The notes beneath the pieces were generated by a model. The model saw only the letters and a list, made by a program, of their open reading frames with translations. It did not search any database and was not told the DNA's origin. A stretch of 38,586 nt of DNA from Nemertoderma westbladi (lineage: Eukaryota > Animalia > Xenacoelomorpha). The stretch lies in the NCBI GenBank assembly GCA_032718475.1, contig JAUCBJ010000771.1, forward strand, positions 1 through 38,586, written 5' to 3'. A program made the translations under genes and the position numbers. Shown in pieces: positions 34,687-38,586 of the stretch (position 1 is its first letter; every line of letters starts with the position of its first letter).

Positions 34687-34804
34687 TCGGAATGTAAACC
34701 GTGATTTTTCTCGGAGGGGCCTTTCCCTGTTCGTTTGTAGCGATGCAGCTGTAATTGGTTGTGACATCCAGACCCGATACATTCAACACACTGTTTCCGT
34801 CATT
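34687..34804 (-). CDS. LAR-like receptor gene, exon 1 of 5 found (C-terminal part of an Ig domain)
   Basis: Acceptor cattctag, donor gttagt, phase 0 to 1. Encodes NDGNSVLNVSGLDVTTNYSCIATNEQGKAPPRKITVYIP, resembling LAR Ig3 (NVLEL...ANYTCVA). Confidence 0.82.
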
Positions 34805-34977
34805 CTAGAATGTAATGGGTAAGTGAGCTTGTAGTCATGGCGTATTGAAATAAACAAATAGGACACTTCGAAAGCACGAATCGCACGTTCTAACGATACA
34901 ATTACAAACTTAGAAAATGGAAAACGATACACATAGTTACAGTTAATATAACAAGGCTTGTACAACTGTATGCCAAT

Positions 34978-37900
34978 TAGCTCACCTTATCTGTAACTCG
35001 TGTCCCCTACCATCTGGTACCGGCTTCCCCACTACTAGCTAACCTTATCTGTAACTCGTGTCCCCTACCATCTGGTACCGGCTTCCCCACTACTAGCTAA
35101 CCTTATCTGTAACTCGCGTCCCCTACCATCTGGTACCGGCTTCCCCACTACTAGCTAACCTTATCTGTAACTCGTGTCCCCTACCATCTGGTACCGGCTT
35201 CCCCACTACTAGCTAACCTTATCTGTAACTCGTGTCCCCTACCATCTGGTACCGGCTTCCCCACTACTAGCTAACCTTATCTGTAACTCGTGTCCCCTAC
35301 CATCTGGTACCGGCTTCCCCACTACTAGCTAACCTTATCTGTAACTCGTGTCCCCTACCATCTGGTACCGGCTTCCCCACTACTAGCTAACCTTATCTGT
35401 AACTCGTGTCCCCTACCATCTGGTACCGGCTTCCCCACTACTAGCTAACCTTATCTGTAACTTGTGTCCCCTACCATCTGGTACCGGCTTCCCCACTACT
35501 AGCTAACCTTATCTGTAACTCGTGTCCCCTACCATCTGGTACCGGTTCCCCACTACTAGCTAACCTTATCTGTAACTTGCGTCCCCTACCATTTGGTACC
35601 GGTTCCCCACTACTAGCTAACCTTATCTGTAACTCGTGTCCCCTACCATCTGGTACCGGCTTCCCCACTACTAGCTAACCTTATCTGTAACTTGTGTCCC
35701 CTACCATCTGGTACCGGCTTCCCCACTACTAGCTAACCTTATCTGTAACTCGTGTCCCCTACCATCTGGTACCGGCTTCCCCACTACTAGCTAACCTTAT
35801 CTGTAACTTGTGTCCCCTACCATCTGGTACCGGCTTCCCCACTACTAGCTAACCTTATCTGTAACTCGTGTCCCCTACCATCTGGTACCGGCTTCCCCAC
35901 TACTAGCTAACCTTATCTGTAACTCGTGTCCCCTACCATCTGGTACCGGCTTCCCCACTACTAGATAACCTTATTACTTGTGTCCCGTACCATCTGGTAC
36001 CGGCTTCCCCACTACTAGATAACCTTATTACTTGTGTCCCGTACCATCTGGTACCGGTTCCCCACTACTAGCTAACCTTATCTGTAACTTGTGTCCACTA
36101 CCATCTGGTACCGGCTTCCCCACTAATAGCTAACCTTATCTGTAACTTGTGTCCCCTACCATCTGGTACCGGCTTCCCCACTACTAGCTAACCTTATCTG
36201 TAACTCGTGTCCCCTACCATCTGGTACCGGCTTCCCCACTACTAGCTAACCTCTATCTGTAACTTGTGTCCCCTACCATCTGGTACCGGCTTCCCCACTA
36301 CTAGCTAACCTTATTACTTGTGTCCCGTACCATCTGGTACCGGCTTCCCCACTACTAGCTAACCTTATCTGTAACTTGTGTCCCCTACCATCTGGTACCG
36401 GCTTCCCCACTACTAGCTCACCTTATCTGTAACTCGTGTCCCCTACCATCTGGTACCGGCTTCCCCACTACTAGCTAACCTTATCTGTAACTCGTGTCCC
36501 CTACCATCTGGTACCGGCTTCCCCACTACTAGCTAACCTTATCTGTAACTCGTGTCCCCTACCATCTGGTACCGGCTTCCCCACTACTAGCTAACCTTAT
36601 CTGTAACTTGTGTCCCCTACCATCTGGTACCGGCTTCCCCACTACTAGCTAACCTTATCTGTAACTTGTGTCCCGTACCATCTGGTACCGGCTTCCCCAC
36701 TACTAGCTAACCTTATCTGTAACTCGTGTCCCCTACCATCTGGTACCGGCTTCCCCACTACTAGCTAACCTTATCTGTAACTCGTGTCCCCTACCATCTG
36801 GTACCGGCTTCCCCACTACTAGCTAACCTTATCTGTAACTCGTGTCCCCTACCATCTGGTACCGGCTTCCCCACTACTAGCTAACCTTATCTGTAACTTG
36901 TGTCCCCTACCATCTGGTACCGGCTTCCCCACTACTAGCTAACCTTATCTGTAACTTGTGTCCCGTACCATCTGGTACCGGCTTCCCCACTACTAGCTAA
37001 CCTTATCTGTAACTTGTGTCCCCTACCATCTGGTACCGGCTTCCCCACTACTAGCTAACCTTATCTGTAACTTGTGTCCCCTACCATCTGGTACCGGCTT
37101 CCCCACTACTAGCTAACCTTATCTGTAACTCGTGTCCCCTACCATCTGGTACCGGCTTCCCCACTACTAGCTAACCTTATCTGTAACTCGTGTCCCCTAC
37201 CATCTGGTACCGGCTTCCCCACTACTAGCTAACCTTATCTGTAACTTGTGTCCCCTACCATCTGGTACCGGCTTCCCCACTACTAGCTAACCTTATTACT
37301 TGTGTCCCGTACCATCTGGTACCGGCTTCCCCACTACTAGCTAACCTTATCTGTAACTTGTGTCCCCTACCATCTGGTACCGGCTTCCCCACTACTAGCT
37401 AACCTTATCTGTAACTCGTGTCCCCTACCATCTGGTACCGGCTTCCCCACTACTAGCTAACCTTATCTGTAACTTGTGTCCCCTACCATCTGGTACCGGC
37501 TTCCCCACTACTAGCTAACCTTATTACTTGTGTCCCGTACCATCTGGTACCGGCTTCCCCACTACTAGCTAACCCTATCTGTAACTTGTGTCCCCTACCA
37601 TCTGGTACCGGCTTCCCCACTACTAGCTAACCTTATTACTTGTGTCCCGTACCATCTGGTACTGGCTTCCCCACTACTAGCTAACCTTATCTGTAACTTG
37701 TGTCCCCTACCATCTGGTACCGGCTTCCCCACTACTAGCTAACCTTATCTGTAACTCGTGTCCCCTACCATCTGGTACCGGCTTCCCCACTACTAGCTAA
37801 ACTCTATCTGTAACTTGTGTCCCCTACCATCTGGTACCGGCTTCCCCACTACTAGCTAACCTTATCTGTACTTGTGTCCCGTACCATCTGGTACCGGCTT

Positions 37901-38320
37901 CCCCACTACTAGCTAACCTTATCTGTAACTTGTGTCCCCTACCATCTGGTACCGGCTTCCCCACTACTAGCTAACCTTATTACTTGTGTCCCGTACCATC
38001 TGGTACCGGCTTCCCCACTACTAGCTAACCTTATCTGTAACTTGTGTCCCCTACCATCTGGTACCGGCTTCCCCACTACTAGCTAACCTTATCTGTAACT
38101 TGTGTCCCGTACCATCTGGTACCGGCTTCCCCACTAATAGCTAACCTTATCTGTAACTCGTGTCCCCTACCATCTGGTACCGCATCCCCACTACTAGCTA
38201 ACCTTATCTGTAACTCGCGTCCCCTACCATCTGGTACCGGCTTCCCCACTACTAGCTCACCTTATCTGTAACTCGTGTCCCGTACCATCTGGTACCGGCT
38301 TTCTCACTACTAGCTAACCT
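34978..38320. repeat. 58-bp tandem satellite, about 58 copies
   Basis: Unit AGCTAACCTTATCTGTAACT(C/T)GTGTCCCCTACCATCTGGTACCGGCTTCCCCACTACT, with recurrent 54-bp deletion variants. Confidence 0.99.
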
Positions 38321-38321
38321 T

Positions 38322-38586
38322 TCAGGTCAGGTCAGGTATTCTAGGTCATTGATCAAGAAAACTTGCCACCTCCATGCAGCATAAAGGAGGTGCCACCTGT
38401 AGCTGCATAGACCCTCTTACTAGGGCAAATCTGGTCCTGTAACTAGGACCCCCTTCGTTCTGGGATAAGGACGCCCTTGGTCCTGGATTAAGGACCCATA
38501 TACTTGGCTGCAGGGGTATATGGCCTGACCAGGCAGATGGTGATCTACCAATGGCTGGTCAGGAGTAGAGTGTTCTCATGTCCACA
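38322..38586 (-). mobile_element. Probable 3' end of a non-LTR or SINE-like element with an (ACCTG)n tail and a highly structured body; runs off the window
   Basis: Three TCAGG copies at 38322-38336 abut the satellite, followed by at least six inverted-repeat stems and a possible pseudoknot. Confidence 0.45.

Noticed and set aside
34978-38320. CRISPR-like array (also considered for the other two arrays)
   Set aside because: Units are head-to-tail with no unique spacers, there are no cas genes, and the context is eukaryotic.
1-38586. Genome-wide reassignment of UGA
   Set aside because: The long intact ORFs (ARPC2, L2 ORF2, RTE, RTEX-like) contain no internal TGA, so the standard code applies.

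Overview
AT-rich, repeat-rich animal (invertebrate-type) genomic DNA; nothing here looks prokaryotic. The backbone is a minus-strand gene that the ORF track largely misses. Five phase-compatible GT-AG exons (34687-34804, 30193-30353, 29539-29770, 24428-24625, 14076-14245) splice into the end of an Ig domain plus FN3 repeats 1, 2 and half of 3 of a LAR-type receptor tyrosine phosphatase-like protein. Its introns hold an antisense intronless ARPC2 gene, an antisense 99-aa single-pass membrane ORF, 5'-truncated RTE and RTEX-like LINEs (the latter with an LMDD active site), SINEs and satellites of 20/22 bp and 63 bp; a 58-bp satellite lies beyond the upstream-most exon. The left part holds an internally deleted BEL/Pao element with its 3' LTR and an unclassified element: a structured RNA leader, a disrupted triple-CCHC ORF, then a PPT and a short LTR-like end. 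It also holds a near-full-length L2-clade LINE whose ORF1 and ORF2 are in frame across a single UGA-C (probable readthrough), and several MITEs. The window ends in a densely base-paired, pseudoknot-capable segment. All assignments come from manual reading and motif recognition; no database search or folding program was run.
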